64,000 nt of DNA, taken from the NCBI GenBank assembly GCA_965205865.1, contig CBDBHR010000028.1:96001-160000 (forward strand), read 5' to 3'. This document shows, one piece after another, positions 51,859-62,188 of this stretch. Under the pieces are notes generated by a model, which was not told where the DNA came from, did no database searches, and saw nothing but the letters and a program-made list of their open reading frames with translations. The number at the start of each line of letters is the position of its first letter. The first letter of the stretch is position 1. Made by a program: the position numbers and the translations under genes. The DNA is from a bacterium. Its GTDB lineage: Bacteria > SAR324 > NAC60-12.

Positions 51859-52236
51859 TCAGTCTGGAATACTTCTACATTTTGTGGAGGTTCCATTGAT
51901 GTCGTCTCTATTCAGGCGTTCACAACGTCGTTTTTTTCGTTTTTTTGATTGAGCAAATTCCAGCCCAAGCCCTCTGAGAATTCTTTGGGGGTCGGACAAA
52001 TTTCCAAAGACACTTTTCGTGGGTTCAGGCTCCACTTTCACGAGAGTGGGAGTGGCAATGATTCCTGCTTTAACCGCCTCCTCTGGGTTTATCAGCACAT
52101 TATGAATGATCAACTCATAGGGTGCAGCCAATTCACGAAGCGCCGTCTCGTTGAAACGACGTCGGGGTTGGTAGGGTTTGGGGATAATGCGATCCAATGG
52201 TAGCTGTAGCAGGACCTCTGGGAATTCTACTGGCAT
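51859..52236 (-). CDS. ParB N-terminal fragment fused in frame to a KaiB-like C-terminal half
   Basis: LPLDRIIPKPYQPRRRFNETALRELA (ParB box I) + YELIIHNVLINPEEAVKAGIIATPTLVKVEPEP..FGNLSD (KaiB). Confidence 0.7.
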   Translation of the reverse strand: MPVEFPEVLLQLPLDRIIPKPYQPRRRFNETALRELAAPYELIIHNVLINPEEAVKAGIIATPTLVKVEPEPTKSVFGNLSDPQRILRGLGLEFAQSKKRKKRRCERLNRDDINGTSTKCRSIPD

Positions 52237-53018
52237 ACCGAACGTCCTTCAATTACTTTTTGTAAAAAAATAAAAAATTCTTTGTTGCTGCTCTTTTTTC
52301 CTTCGATCACCGAATCCACCCACTGCAAAACCCGGAAACCTTGTGCTTGAGAAACTTCTGTAATTTCTGCTTTCACCCGTTGATGAACAGCAGGACTTCT
52401 CACGCGTCCCCGCTTCTCCACTTCGCTTTTACCTGCTTCAAACTGAGGTTTGACCAAGGCGATAACATGGCCTCCGGATTTTAAAAAACGTGACGTATGC
52501 GGAAAAATCTTCTTGAGAGAAATGAATGAGGCATCGATCACAACCAAATCTACCAGCACTCCAATTTGTCGAAATTCCAAAGTACGAATATTGGTACGCT
52601 CGAGGCAAGTCACCCGACGATCCTGCCGTAGCTCCCAGGCAAGCTGGCCATATCCCACATCTACGGCATATACGTGGCTCGCGCCTTGGAGCAGCAGGCA
52701 GTGTGTGAATCCCCCCGTTGACGCTCCAATATCCATTGCCGTCAGAGCTTGGGGGGAAAATTGAAAACACTGCAAAGCCGCTTCGAGTTTCAAACCACCC
52801 CGGCTCACGTATGGGTGGTCTTTCTCGGTGATGTGGACTTCCGCGTGGGTTGGGATCAGTTTTCCGGATTTCTCGACACGCTCGTGATTGACGTAGACTT
52901 TACCTACCTGTATCAAGGCTTGCGCTTTTTCGCGGGAAGCCACCAGTTGCCGTTCCACTAAAAGTACGTCGATTCGTTTCTTCAGAGATTTGTTTTCCAC
53001 CCTCCTGTTTCGAAGCAA
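52227..53018 (-). CDS. tlyA: TlyA-family rRNA methyltransferase
   Basis: S4 domain, YVSRGGLKL, DIGASTGGFT, LVKPQFE. Confidence 0.95.
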   Translation of the reverse strand: MLRNRRVENKSLKKRIDVLLVERQLVASREKAQALIQVGKVYVNHERVEKSGKLIPTHAEVHITEKDHPYVSRGGLKLEAALQCFQFSPQALTAMDIGASTGGFTHCLLLQGASHVYAVDVGYGQLAWELRQDRRVTCLERTNIRTLEFRQIGVLVDLVVIDASFISLKKIFPHTSRFLKSGGHVIALVKPQFEAGKSEVEKRGRVRSPAVHQRVKAEITEVSQAQGFRVLQWVDSVIEGKKSSNKEFFIFLQKVIEGRSVCQ

Positions 53019-53032
53019 TTCGTGAGTAACCG

Positions 53033-54367
53033 TTAGTACAATTGCAAAATGTCGTTGTAGGTCACGGCAATCATGAAGAACATTAGCAGAGCAAACCCTA
53101 TCATTTGAGTACGTTCCCGGACCCCGGGGCTGAGCGGAGCGCCTTTCAATTTTTCAATGCCCAGGAAAAAAATATGTCCTCCATCCAGAGCTGGAATCGG
53201 CAAGAGATTGAAGATACCCAGTTGCAAACTGATGACAGCCATCAAAAAAAAGAGATTGGGCAGTCCCGTACGCACGGCATCGCCAATCACCACCCCAATA
53301 CGCAAAGGTCCTCCTAAATCGTCAAGAGATCCTTGACCTGCGATTATTTTTCCCAAAAATTGAAATGTCATGACAGTAATGAAAACCAGTCGCTCTGTTC
53401 CCATCACCACGGAATCTACGAAGCCATACGATTGTTTTACTTGTTCGACAGTCATACCCAGCAAGTAGGATCGAGTGCTTGCATTGAAATAAGGAGTTAC
53501 TGAAACAACCCGAATTTCTCCTCCATGTTCCACTTCGACATCAATTGGAATTCCCGCAGTCGCTTGTTCTTCAGAAAAAGAGGCATCCTCATTATTATCC
53601 AGCTGAGACTGGGTTTGCTGGATTATTCTGGCAATATCTCCCCACCTCGTCACTTCAAAATCATTGATTTGTAAAAGACGATCTCCGACTTGTAGCCCCG
53701 CTTCCCGAACCGGGGAGATTTGAGAAAATCCTCCAACGACCGGCGCCACTTGCGGGCTCCACCCGGGTCCTTGTTCTTTCAATTCTTCCAAAGTACCGCT
53801 CACTGCGGTCACATATCCTTCTCGTTCTATTTCAAAGGTGATGGCACTTTCTTCAACAGCAGCCAGCCGGCTTTGTAATTCCTCCCAACTACTGACAGGA
53901 TTTCTGTTGACGGCAATAATCTCATCACCTACTTTCATTCCGATATTGTCGGCAAAACTCTTTTGCTGAATTGCGGCAATGACGGGTGGGTCGAATAGAT
54001 ATTTGGGGATGCTGATACCGACCATGTAGACCAGCGGCATGAATAAAAAAGCAAAAAACAAGTTCACCGCTGGTCCTGCTACCAGAATATAAAAACGCTG
54101 TGCTATGCTTTTAGAGGCATAATTGCTGGGGTCCTTGGGATCTTCATCATTCATGTTCTGCCCGAACAATCGCACATACCCTCCCAGGGGAATCCAAGAA
54201 AGCGCATATTCGGTGTCTCCATATTTTTTGCTGATGACTCTTGGGGGAAATCCAATGGAAAAAGTCTCCACCCTCACTCCTACATGGCGAGCAGCCAGAT
54301 AATGCCCCATTTCGTGGATGAAGATTAGAAACCCTAAAACCAGAATGAATGAAAGAATCGTGATCAT
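53033..54367 (-). CDS. rseP: RIP metalloprotease RseP
   Basis: HEMGH, PLGGYV, PDZ domains, NLLPIPALDGG. Confidence 0.95.
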   Translation of the reverse strand: MITILSFILVLGFLIFIHEMGHYLAARHVGVRVETFSIGFPPRVISKKYGDTEYALSWIPLGGYVRLFGQNMNDEDPKDPSNYASKSIAQRFYILVAGPAVNLFFAFLFMPLVYMVGISIPKYLFDPPVIAAIQQKSFADNIGMKVGDEIIAVNRNPVSSWEELQSRLAAVEESAITFEIEREGYVTAVSGTLEELKEQGPGWSPQVAPVVGGFSQISPVREAGLQVGDRLLQINDFEVTRWGDIARIIQQTQSQLDNNEDASFSEEQATAGIPIDVEVEHGGEIRVVSVTPYFNASTRSYLLGMTVEQVKQSYGFVDSVVMGTERLVFITVMTFQFLGKIIAGQGSLDDLGGPLRIGVVIGDAVRTGLPNLFFLMAVISLQLGIFNLLPIPALDGGHIFFLGIEKLKGAPLSPGVRERTQMIGFALLMFFMIAVTYNDILQLY

Positions 54368-55557
54368 GGTTTTTCTCCGTTTACGATTGACTGGGCGGTC
54401 CGACGGCCCCAATCATCCGCTTTCAATGCGTCCTCGACGCTTTTGATGTGATGTAAGAACGGGATTTGTGTTCCGGGATCGTTCTGTTGTTGGAATTGTT
54501 CAAAAGTTTGATTTAAAACAGATGCAATGTCCAGAAAATGAATATTTCCTGCCAGATAAGCAGCCACTACTGCTTCATTGGCGCCGTTGAGCACGGCAGG
54601 AGCCGCCCCACCCATCTCTCCCGCCGTTTTTGCCAATTGCAAGCAGGGGTATTTCTCCAAAGAAACATCTTCAAAATGTAGTTGCCCCAACTCCGATATC
54701 CTCATTTTAGGCCCTTTCAAAGGCAGACGATCGGGATAGGCCAGACAAAAAGCGAGGGGGATTCTCATATCCGGAAGTCCCAATTGCGCTATGAATGAGC
54801 CATCTCTGTATTCTACCAGTGAATGGACAATGCTTTCCCGATGAATGACCACCTTTATATCGGAAGTCGGAATACCAAACAACCATCGCGCCTCAATGAT
54901 TTCCAGTCCCTTATTCATCATGGTTGCCGAATCGATGGTGATCTTGTTTCCCATTTCCCAGTTGGGATGATCGAGAGCTTCTTCCAGCGTGATGGTTCCA
55001 AATTCAGACAATGGCCTGTCTCGGAAGGGTCCGCCGGACGCGGTCAAAATAATTTTTTCAATGTCTGACTTCTGGTGCCCCAGCATGGATTGAAATATTG
55101 CATTGTGCTCACTATCGGCAGGAAAGATCATGCTGCCTGTTTGATCGGCTTTATTCATAATCAATTCGCCGGCCAATACCATGGTTTCTTTGTTTGCCAA
55201 CACAATATCCCGCCCGGCGGTGAGCGCTGCAAAGGTAGAACTCAAACCGGCAGAACCAACAATTCCAGCAACCACCAACTCTGTCTGCGCTTCTGCCGCA
55301 ACTCGTACCAAACCTTCGGCACCATAAACGACATCCACATGGGAGGTTTTATGCTCGAGCCATTGAGCTTGTTCCGGAGACCCCACACAAACCATTTGTG
55401 GCTGAAATTCGCAGATTTGTTCGAATAATTGCTCCACCTTGTTTTGACAAGATAAGGCTATGATCTTAAATTGATCCGGAAACTGCCGGACAATATCAAG
55501 GGTGTTGACCCCTATGGAGCCTGTGGAACCCAAGACTGTCAGCCGCTTTGCTTCCAT
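54364..55557 (-). CDS. dxr: 1-deoxy-D-xylulose-5-phosphate reductoisomerase
   Basis: LGSTGSIG, LANKE, DSEH, HPNWEMG, MNKGLE. Confidence 0.97.
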   Translation of the reverse strand: MEAKRLTVLGSTGSIGVNTLDIVRQFPDQFKIIALSCQNKVEQLFEQICEFQPQMVCVGSPEQAQWLEHKTSHVDVVYGAEGLVRVAAEAQTELVVAGIVGSAGLSSTFAALTAGRDIVLANKETMVLAGELIMNKADQTGSMIFPADSEHNAIFQSMLGHQKSDIEKIILTASGGPFRDRPLSEFGTITLEEALDHPNWEMGNKITIDSATMMNKGLEIIEARWLFGIPTSDIKVVIHRESIVHSLVEYRDGSFIAQLGLPDMRIPLAFCLAYPDRLPLKGPKMRISELGQLHFEDVSLEKYPCLQLAKTAGEMGGAAPAVLNGANEAVVAAYLAGNIHFLDIASVLNQTFEQFQQQNDPGTQIPFLHHIKSVEDALKADDWGRRTAQSIVNGEKP

Positions 55558-55564
55558 ATCCTGA

Positions 55565-56404
55565 TTATTGACTGATCCAAAACATAAAATAAAAGAACAC
55601 GGGAGTCGCCGTCAAAAACCCATCCACTCGATCCAATACTCCGCCATGTCCCGGAAATATCGTGCCGGAATCCTTGACCTCACACAAGCGCTTGATTTTG
55701 GACTCGAGTAAATCCCCCACCTGCCCTAGATACGAGACTCCTGATCCTACTAAAAATCCTGCGAACCAACCCAGGTTCTCAATAAAAAAACAGGAAAAAA
55801 CTGCGGCGACAATGCCACTACCCAATGCGCCACAGATGCTTCCCTCGATAGTTTTTTTTGGACTGACGGACGGCGCCAGCAGTATGCGACCAAAGGATTT
55901 TCCACCAAAATAGGCTGCCATGTCACTCGTCCAAATGCACAATACCAGCAATAACAAGAAAACCCTGCCTTCCGGCAACCCCCTGATCAAAGTCAAGTGA
56001 TTGAAACTCCAAGGGATCCATAAGATTCCGAACAAGCTGATACCCAAGACTTGCAACTCCGAAATATCATGGGAGGTCGTGAAGAGCAGATAATAAAAAA
56101 ACAACCCCAGACAGACAACCACCAAAGCGACCGTCAGACCCATCATTCCTCCCAGAATGGTCGCTCCTCCCATAAAAAACGTACTGCCCGTCATGACCAT
56201 CAGACTGAGACGCACTTTCTGCTCGAGCATATCATCAAATTCGTAAATGCCGACGAAGGTCAACGCCAACACCACGATTCCGACAACGGAAACGGGCGCA
56301 GAGAGCATAATGCCAATCACCAGGATGGCGGCAGGAACTGCGGTTTTAACACGAGTGGCCAACTCTCTTTTTTTTTCAGAAGCCGGCACTTCAGATGCGC
56401 TCAT
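55565..56404 (-). CDS. cdsA: Phosphatidate cytidylyltransferase
   Basis: SPKKTIEG, GDLLES, KDSG..PGHGGVLDRVD. Confidence 0.95.
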   Translation of the reverse strand: MSASEVPASEKKRELATRVKTAVPAAILVIGIMLSAPVSVVGIVVLALTFVGIYEFDDMLEQKVRLSLMVMTGSTFFMGGATILGGMMGLTVALVVVCLGLFFYYLLFTTSHDISELQVLGISLFGILWIPWSFNHLTLIRGLPEGRVFLLLLVLCIWTSDMAAYFGGKSFGRILLAPSVSPKKTIEGSICGALGSGIVAAVFSCFFIENLGWFAGFLVGSGVSYLGQVGDLLESKIKRLCEVKDSGTIFPGHGGVLDRVDGFLTATPVFFYFMFWISQ

Positions 56405-56430
56405 GCTGAACTTTGAAAAATTACTGGCAA

Positions 56431-57150
56431 TCAGACCCCTCCCAAACGACGTTGACGTTGTTGAAAAACATGCAATGCCTCATAAAAATCGTTTTGGGTG
56501 AAATCCGGCCAAAGGATATCCGTAAAATAAAATTCGGAGTATGCAGACTGCCACAGCAAAAAATTGGAAATACGATGCTCCCCGCTGGTACGAATGATAA
56601 GATCCGGGTCCGGTAGATCGGCCGTGTACATGTATTTTGAAACAAAGGCTTCATCAATGAGATCCGGAGAGAGAGAACGTTGCTGGGCTTGTTTGGCGAT
56701 CAACTGAATGGCACGGATAATTTCTGCCCGTCCGCCATAATTCAATGCCAAATTCAGAACCATGCCACTATTATCTGCTGTGAATTCTAAAGTATGGTTG
56801 AGATATTTTTGTAAAAAATCCGGCAACCCGCTTCGGTCGCCAATCAAGCGAAAACAAATATTGTTGCGATTGAGATTATCGAGTTCTTTTTGGAGATATT
56901 CGGCAAACAGGTCCATCAATAGCGAAATCTCTTTTTGAGGGCGCTTCCAATTCTCTGTGGAAAAGGCGTAAAGTGTGAGAGAAATCAACTTCAGTTCTGC
57001 AGCGGTTTCTACGGCGCTTCTCACCGCATTGATCGCATTTCGGTGCCCTTGAGAGCGCTGCATGAGTCGTTTTTTGGCCCAACGCCCATTGCCGTCCATG
57101 ATTATGGCAACATGACGAGGCAAATGCTCTAAATCCAGTTGCTCCAACAT
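56431..57150 (-). CDS. uppS: Undecaprenyl diphosphate synthase
   Basis: IMDGNGRWA, FSTENWKR, RTSGEHRISNFLLWQ. Confidence 0.96.
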   Translation of the reverse strand: MLEQLDLEHLPRHVAIIMDGNGRWAKKRLMQRSQGHRNAINAVRSAVETAAELKLISLTLYAFSTENWKRPQKEISLLMDLFAEYLQKELDNLNRNNICFRLIGDRSGLPDFLQKYLNHTLEFTADNSGMVLNLALNYGGRAEIIRAIQLIAKQAQQRSLSPDLIDEAFVSKYMYTADLPDPDLIIRTSGEHRISNFLLWQSAYSEFYFTDILWPDFTQNDFYEALHVFQQRQRRLGGV

Positions 57151-57248
57151 GTTTCTTCCGTCCTCAATGAATCGATGTGAGCATGACAATAAACCTGTCA
57201 CTTATGGACGCCTTTACGATTAATTTACCATAGACTGTAAAAAACTTA

Positions 57249-57806
57249 TCAACTTTTCAGCAAAAAATCGAGTTTGCTTTGTCCATACTGTTTTGACTGA
57301 ATAGGCTCCAAACGAGAGGGAAAGGCATATTGGAACAGCCGGGGCGATTCGACGACCAAAAGGGATTGGGAAGGAATTACCGCAAGCCCTCCAATCATTG
57401 CCAGAATTTTCTCGTATTCCTCAGAATGGTAGGGAGGATCTATAAAAATCAAGCATGGATGAACAGCTGTTGAAAAATGAGGCAACCAACGCCTCACCGG
57501 ACTGCGAATAAGAAGAGCTTGGTCCGCTTCCAATGGAAAAATGCTGATATTTTTTTTCAAAACCTGAAAGACGTTCCATGAATTCTCCACAAAAATAGCT
57601 TGCAGCACGCCCCGGCTCAGGGCTTCCAATCCCATTGCCCCGGAACCTGCATATAGATCCAGCGCGGTCATTTCCTGAAAATCCACCAGATTTTGCAAGA
57701 CATTGAATATCGACTCACGGTTTTTACTCAAGGTAGGACGAACTTTTTTACCAGGAGGAACTTCAATTTTTTTTCCGCGAAATTTGCCGCCTGCAATTGT
57801 AATCAC
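57249..57806 (-). CDS. rsmD: 16S rRNA m2G966 methyltransferase
   Basis: VRPT, DLYAGSGAMGLEALSRG, IDPPY; GTG start with AAGGAG RBS. Confidence 0.93.
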   Translation of the reverse strand: MITIAGGKFRGKKIEVPPGKKVRPTLSKNRESIFNVLQNLVDFQEMTALDLYAGSGAMGLEALSRGVLQAIFVENSWNVFQVLKKNISIFPLEADQALLIRSPVRRWLPHFSTAVHPCLIFIDPPYHSEEYEKILAMIGGLAVIPSQSLLVVESPRLFQYAFPSRLEPIQSKQYGQSKLDFLLKS

Positions 57807-58215
57807 CGCTTCTCCTTTTCTTGGAAGGACGTCTTTGCGGATTTCGACATATTCAAACAATAGATAATCGCTTCAATGTGGTTCCCTCGCTCTTCTTCTT
57901 TCAGAGCGCGTATCCTTAACGGCGCATTGCTTCGAATCGCATTGCCGGCTTCGTCTTTTTCAGAGACTTATAATACTCTCCCAGCTTCCCGGATCGATCC
58001 ATTCCAAATCTAATGACAACATGGCGACCTGATTTGATCATTCCAAAATTGCATGTAATTAAGGACTTCGGCTGAACCTGTCCGGTAAATTATTTCCATA
58101 TAAAAGAAAAAACTTTTTTTGCTTCAAAGTTACTCAATTTACGGTACCATGCAACGTCTGATTCAAATCCGTTGGCAACAACGATTCTCTGAAAACAAAT
58201 TATTGTGAGGATATT

Positions 58216-60030
58216 ATGAAGAAGTTGCTTTTTCTAATGATTTTATTCTGGAGTTCCATGATCTGGGCGGCTCCTCAAGTGACTGTCACCCACGCGCTCG
58301 CTCTGCTGGGTGAACCCAATTATGCTGCTGATTTTTCTCATTTTGAATATGCCAATCCCAATGCGTTGAAAGGGGGGACTCTGACGATCGCGGCGATTGG
58401 GACCTATGACAATTTTCACCGTTATGCTCAGCGGGGAGTAGCCGCTGCAGGAAGTGGAGATCTGTATGATTCCCTGATGGTGCAATCTGATGATGAAATC
58501 GAAGTGAGTTATGGATTGATTGCCGAAAAGGTCGAGTATCCGGAAGATTTCACCTGGATGATCTTTCACTTGAATCCAAAAGCTCGATTTCAGGATGGCA
58601 CCCCCATTACCGCTGACGACGTGGTATTTTCCTACAACACTTTTTTTGAAAAAGGAGTCCCTCAATTCAAGCAATACTATCAGGACGTGAGCGAAGTCGT
58701 TGCCTTGGATACCCACAAAGTGCGCTTTTCAGTCAAAGAGAGCAACAAGGAACTGCTTTTGTCCCTCGCCAGTCTGAATATCATGCCCCGCCATTTTTGG
58801 GAATCCCACGATTTTTCCGAGCCGCTCACCACCGCTCCTCTGGGGAGCTCCGCTTATCGCATCAAAGATTATAAAATCGGCCAGTATATCGTCTATGAGC
58901 GCGTAAAAGACTATTGGGCGGCCGATCTGCCCGTCAACAAGGGACAACATAACTTTGATCAAATCCGTTATGATTATTACCGGGATCAAACCGTTTCCCT
59001 GGAAGCATTCAAAGCCGGCGAGTTTGATTTTCGCAGTGAAAATATTTCCAAACAATGGGCCACTTTGTACACGGGGCCCAATTTTGACAAGGGTTATATT
59101 GTCAAAGAAGAAATCGAGCATGACATCCCCCAGGGAATGCAAGCCTTGGTCTTCAACATTCAAAAGCCTATTTTCAGTGACGTGCGAGTGCGGGAAGCAC
59201 TGAATTACGCATTGGATTTTGAATGGATGAACAAAAATCTCTTCTATGATCAATACAAGCGCACGCGCAGTTATTTTCAAAATTCTCAATACGAAGCGAA
59301 AGGGTTGCCTGGTGCGGAGGAGTTGAAAATTCTGGAACCAATGCGGGACCAGATTCCGGAACGCGTTTTCACCGACGAGTATCAACCTCCCGTCACTGAG
59401 GGTTCCGGCAATATCCGTCAACAAATCCGTGATGCCTTGAGACTCTTCAAAGAGGCAGGTTGGGAGATCATAGACAAAGTGCTGACCAACGTTGAAACGG
59501 GAGAACCTTTCGAGTTCGAATTATTGATTTACAGTCCTTCCATGGAACGGATTGCCGTACCCGTACAAAACAACCTGGAACGCATGGGCGTCAAAATGAG
59601 CATAAGGCAGGTAGATACCACCCAATTCACGAACCGGATGCGTGAACGGGATTACGACATGATCTCCGGAGGATTTTCTGCCAATTACTATCCTGGTACG
59701 GATCTGAAAATCGTCTGGCGCTCCGATTATCTGGATTACACCTACAATGCCGCCGGTGTCCAGGATCCTGCCGTCGACGCGATGGTAGACGGAATCGAAG
59801 CTTCGCAGCAGGATGAAGAAGCCCTCTTGCACTATGGTCGCGCTTTCGACCGGATCCTGCAATGGAATTTCTACGTCATTCCCGAATGGCATATCAGCAT
59901 ATTCCGGATCGCCTATTGGGATAAATTTTCCCGCCCTGAAATACGGCCCAAATACGACATTGGGATCGATACCTGGTGGGTGGACCCGGAAAAGGAAAAG
60001 AAACTACCCGAACGCAATGTGGCCCGGTAA
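58216..60030 (+). CDS. yejA: Microcin C/peptide ABC transporter substrate-binding protein
   Basis: HFEYANPNALKGG, YGLIAE, LPVNKG..NFD; operon context. Confidence 0.9.
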   Translation: MKKLLFLMILFWSSMIWAAPQVTVTHALALLGEPNYAADFSHFEYANPNALKGGTLTIAAIGTYDNFHRYAQRGVAAAGSGDLYDSLMVQSDDEIEVSYGLIAEKVEYPEDFTWMIFHLNPKARFQDGTPITADDVVFSYNTFFEKGVPQFKQYYQDVSEVVALDTHKVRFSVKESNKELLLSLASLNIMPRHFWESHDFSEPLTTAPLGSSAYRIKDYKIGQYIVYERVKDYWAADLPVNKGQHNFDQIRYDYYRDQTVSLEAFKAGEFDFRSENISKQWATLYTGPNFDKGYIVKEEIEHDIPQGMQALVFNIQKPIFSDVRVREALNYALDFEWMNKNLFYDQYKRTRSYFQNSQYEAKGLPGAEELKILEPMRDQIPERVFTDEYQPPVTEGSGNIRQQIRDALRLFKEAGWEIIDKVLTNVETGEPFEFELLIYSPSMERIAVPVQNNLERMGVKMSIRQVDTTQFTNRMRERDYDMISGGFSANYYPGTDLKIVWRSDYLDYTYNAAGVQDPAVDAMVDGIEASQQDEEALLHYGRAFDRILQWNFYVIPEWHISIFRIAYWDKFSRPEIRPKYDIGIDTWWVDPEKEKKLPERNVAR

Positions 60031-60048
60031 AGAGGGATTCTCAAACTT

Positions 60049-61149
60049 ATGGCTGCCTATATCGTTCGTCGATTACTGCTGATCATCCCCACCCTGTGGG
60101 CCATCATCACGATCAATTTCTTTGTGGTACAAATCGCGCCGGGAGGCCCGGTCGAACAGATGATCGCCAATATTACCGGGACGGGTTCCGGCCTGATGGA
60201 AAGGGTTTCCGGGGCCAACCAAACCGAAGTCCGGCAAGAGGCTACTACTAAAATTGGAGAAAAGAAGCAAAGTACCTATCGTGGAGCGCGGGGGCTCGAT
60301 CCGGAAGTGATTGCCGCCATTGAAAAACGCTTCGGTTTCGACAAAGCTCTCCATGTTCGCTATCTCGAGATGCTGCAAGATTATTTTTTCTTCAATTTTG
60401 GAGACAGTCTCTTTCGCGGGCGGACAGTCATTGATTTGATTGTTGAACGTCTGCCCGTTTCCGTTTCACTGGGGGTTTGGAGTACCTTGATTATTTACCT
60501 GGTGTGCATTCCCCTCGGCATTCGCAAAGCCGTCAGTCATAGCAGCCGTTTCGATGTCTGGACCAGTACCGTGGTCATCCTGGGCAATGCCATTCCCGGT
60601 TTCCTTTTTGCAATTGCGCTTATTATTTTTTTTGCGGGAGGAAGCTACCTGGACTGGTTTCCCCTGCGGGGACTGGTCTCTGTCAATTTCGCGGAACTGA
60701 GTTGGTACGAAAAAATCATTGATTATTTCTGGCACATGACCTTGCCGGTCATTTCCATCGTGATTGGCGGCTTTGCCACCCTGACTTTCCTGTCGAAAAA
60801 TTCATTTCTGGACGAAATCCAAAAACAATACGTGATGACGGCCCGGGCCAAAGGGTTGAAAGAAAAACAGGTGCTCTACAACCATGTTTTCCGTAATGCC
60901 ATGTTGATTATCATTGCCGGATTCCCCTCCGCCTTCATCAGCATGTTTTTTACCGGTTCCATGCTCATCGAAGTGATTTTTTCCTTGGAAGGGTTGGGAC
61001 TGTTGGGTTTTGAGGCCATCATTCAAAGAGACTATCCGGTCATGTTCAGCACCCTGTATATCTTTACCCTACTGGGACTCGTGCTGGGTTTGATCAGTGA
61101 CTTGACCTACACCATAGTCGATCCACGCATCGACTTTGAAAAGCGCTGA
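60049..61149 (+). CDS. yejB: ABC permease YejB
   Basis: [33 protein letters not shown]. Confidence 0.93.
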   Translation: MAAYIVRRLLLIIPTLWAIITINFFVVQIAPGGPVEQMIANITGTGSGLMERVSGANQTEVRQEATTKIGEKKQSTYRGARGLDPEVIAAIEKRFGFDKALHVRYLEMLQDYFFFNFGDSLFRGRTVIDLIVERLPVSVSLGVWSTLIIYLVCIPLGIRKAVSHSSRFDVWTSTVVILGNAIPGFLFAIALIIFFAGGSYLDWFPLRGLVSVNFAELSWYEKIIDYFWHMTLPVISIVIGGFATLTFLSKNSFLDEIQKQYVMTARAKGLKEKQVLYNHVFRNAMLIIIAGFPSAFISMFFTGSMLIEVIFSLEGLGLLGFEAIIQRDYPVMFSTLYIFTLLGLVLGLISDLTYTIVDPRIDFEKR

Positions 61150-61160
61150 AAAGAGGAACA

Positions 61161-62183
61161 ATGCAATGGACTCGACTGCACCAGGAGCGTTGGAACAAAT
61201 TCAAAGCCAATCGCCGGGGATATTGGTCTCTCTGGATATTCGCATTCCTTTTTGTGGGCAGTATCGCCGCCGAATTGATCGCCAACGATAAGCCCTTACT
61301 CGTACGCTATCAATCCCAGTTCTTTTTCCCCTTCCTCTTCGACTATGCTGAAACCGAATTTGGAGGAGAATTCGATACCGAAGCGGATTATCGGGATAAA
61401 TATGTGCAAGAATTGATTCTCGAAAAAGGCTGGCTGCTGGAACCGCCCATTCCCTTCAGTTATAACACCATCAACTATAGTATACCCAGTCCCGCCCCTT
61501 CTCCTCCCACTTACGAAAACTGGCTCGGAACGGATGACAAGGGACGGGACGTGGTGGCACGGCTCATTTATGGTTTTCGCATTTCAGTTTTGTTCGGCCT
61601 TTTGCTCACTTTTTTTTCTTCCGTCATCGGTATTGCCGCAGGCGCCATCCAGGGATATTACGGAGGACGGGTTGATATCCTGGGACAGCGATTTATCGAA
61701 GTCTGGTCGGGGATGCCGACCCTGTTTTTGTTGATCATCCTATCCAGCGTGGTCCAACCCAATTTCTGGTGGTTGTTGGGGATCACCTTGCTTTTTGGCT
61801 GGATGGCGCTCGTGGGAGTGGTACGGGCCGAGTTCCTGCGGGGTCGCAATTTTGACTATGTGCGAGCCGCAAAAGCCCTCGGGGTCAGTGACAGGCAGAT
61901 CATGTTTCGTCATATTCTGCCCAATGCCATGGTCGCCTCCTTGACGTTCCTTCCTTTCATCCTCGGGGGTTCAATCACAACCCTCACTTCACTGGATTTT
62001 TTAGGATTTGGTCTTCCCGTCGGATCTCCCTCTCTGGGGGAATTGCTGGCGCAGGGAAAAGCAAATCTTCAAGCCCCCTGGCTTGGCATATCCGCCTTTT
62101 TCATGCTGGCCGCCATGCTCAGCTTACTGGTCTTCATTGGCGAAGCAGTGAGAGATGCCTTTGATCCCCGCAGGAGTTATTAG
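61161..62183 (+). CDS. yejE: ABC permease YejE
   Basis: NRRGYWSL, AELIANDKP, RAEFLRGRN, GEAVRDAFDPR. Confidence 0.93.
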   Translation: MQWTRLHQERWNKFKANRRGYWSLWIFAFLFVGSIAAELIANDKPLLVRYQSQFFFPFLFDYAETEFGGEFDTEADYRDKYVQELILEKGWLLEPPIPFSYNTINYSIPSPAPSPPTYENWLGTDDKGRDVVARLIYGFRISVLFGLLLTFFSSVIGIAAGAIQGYYGGRVDILGQRFIEVWSGMPTLFLLIILSSVVQPNFWWLLGITLLFGWMALVGVVRAEFLRGRNFDYVRAAKALGVSDRQIMFRHILPNAMVASLTFLPFILGGSITTLTSLDFLGFGLPVGSPSLGELLAQGKANLQAPWLGISAFFMLAAMLSLLVFIGEAVRDAFDPRRSY

Positions 62184-62188
62184 ATTTT

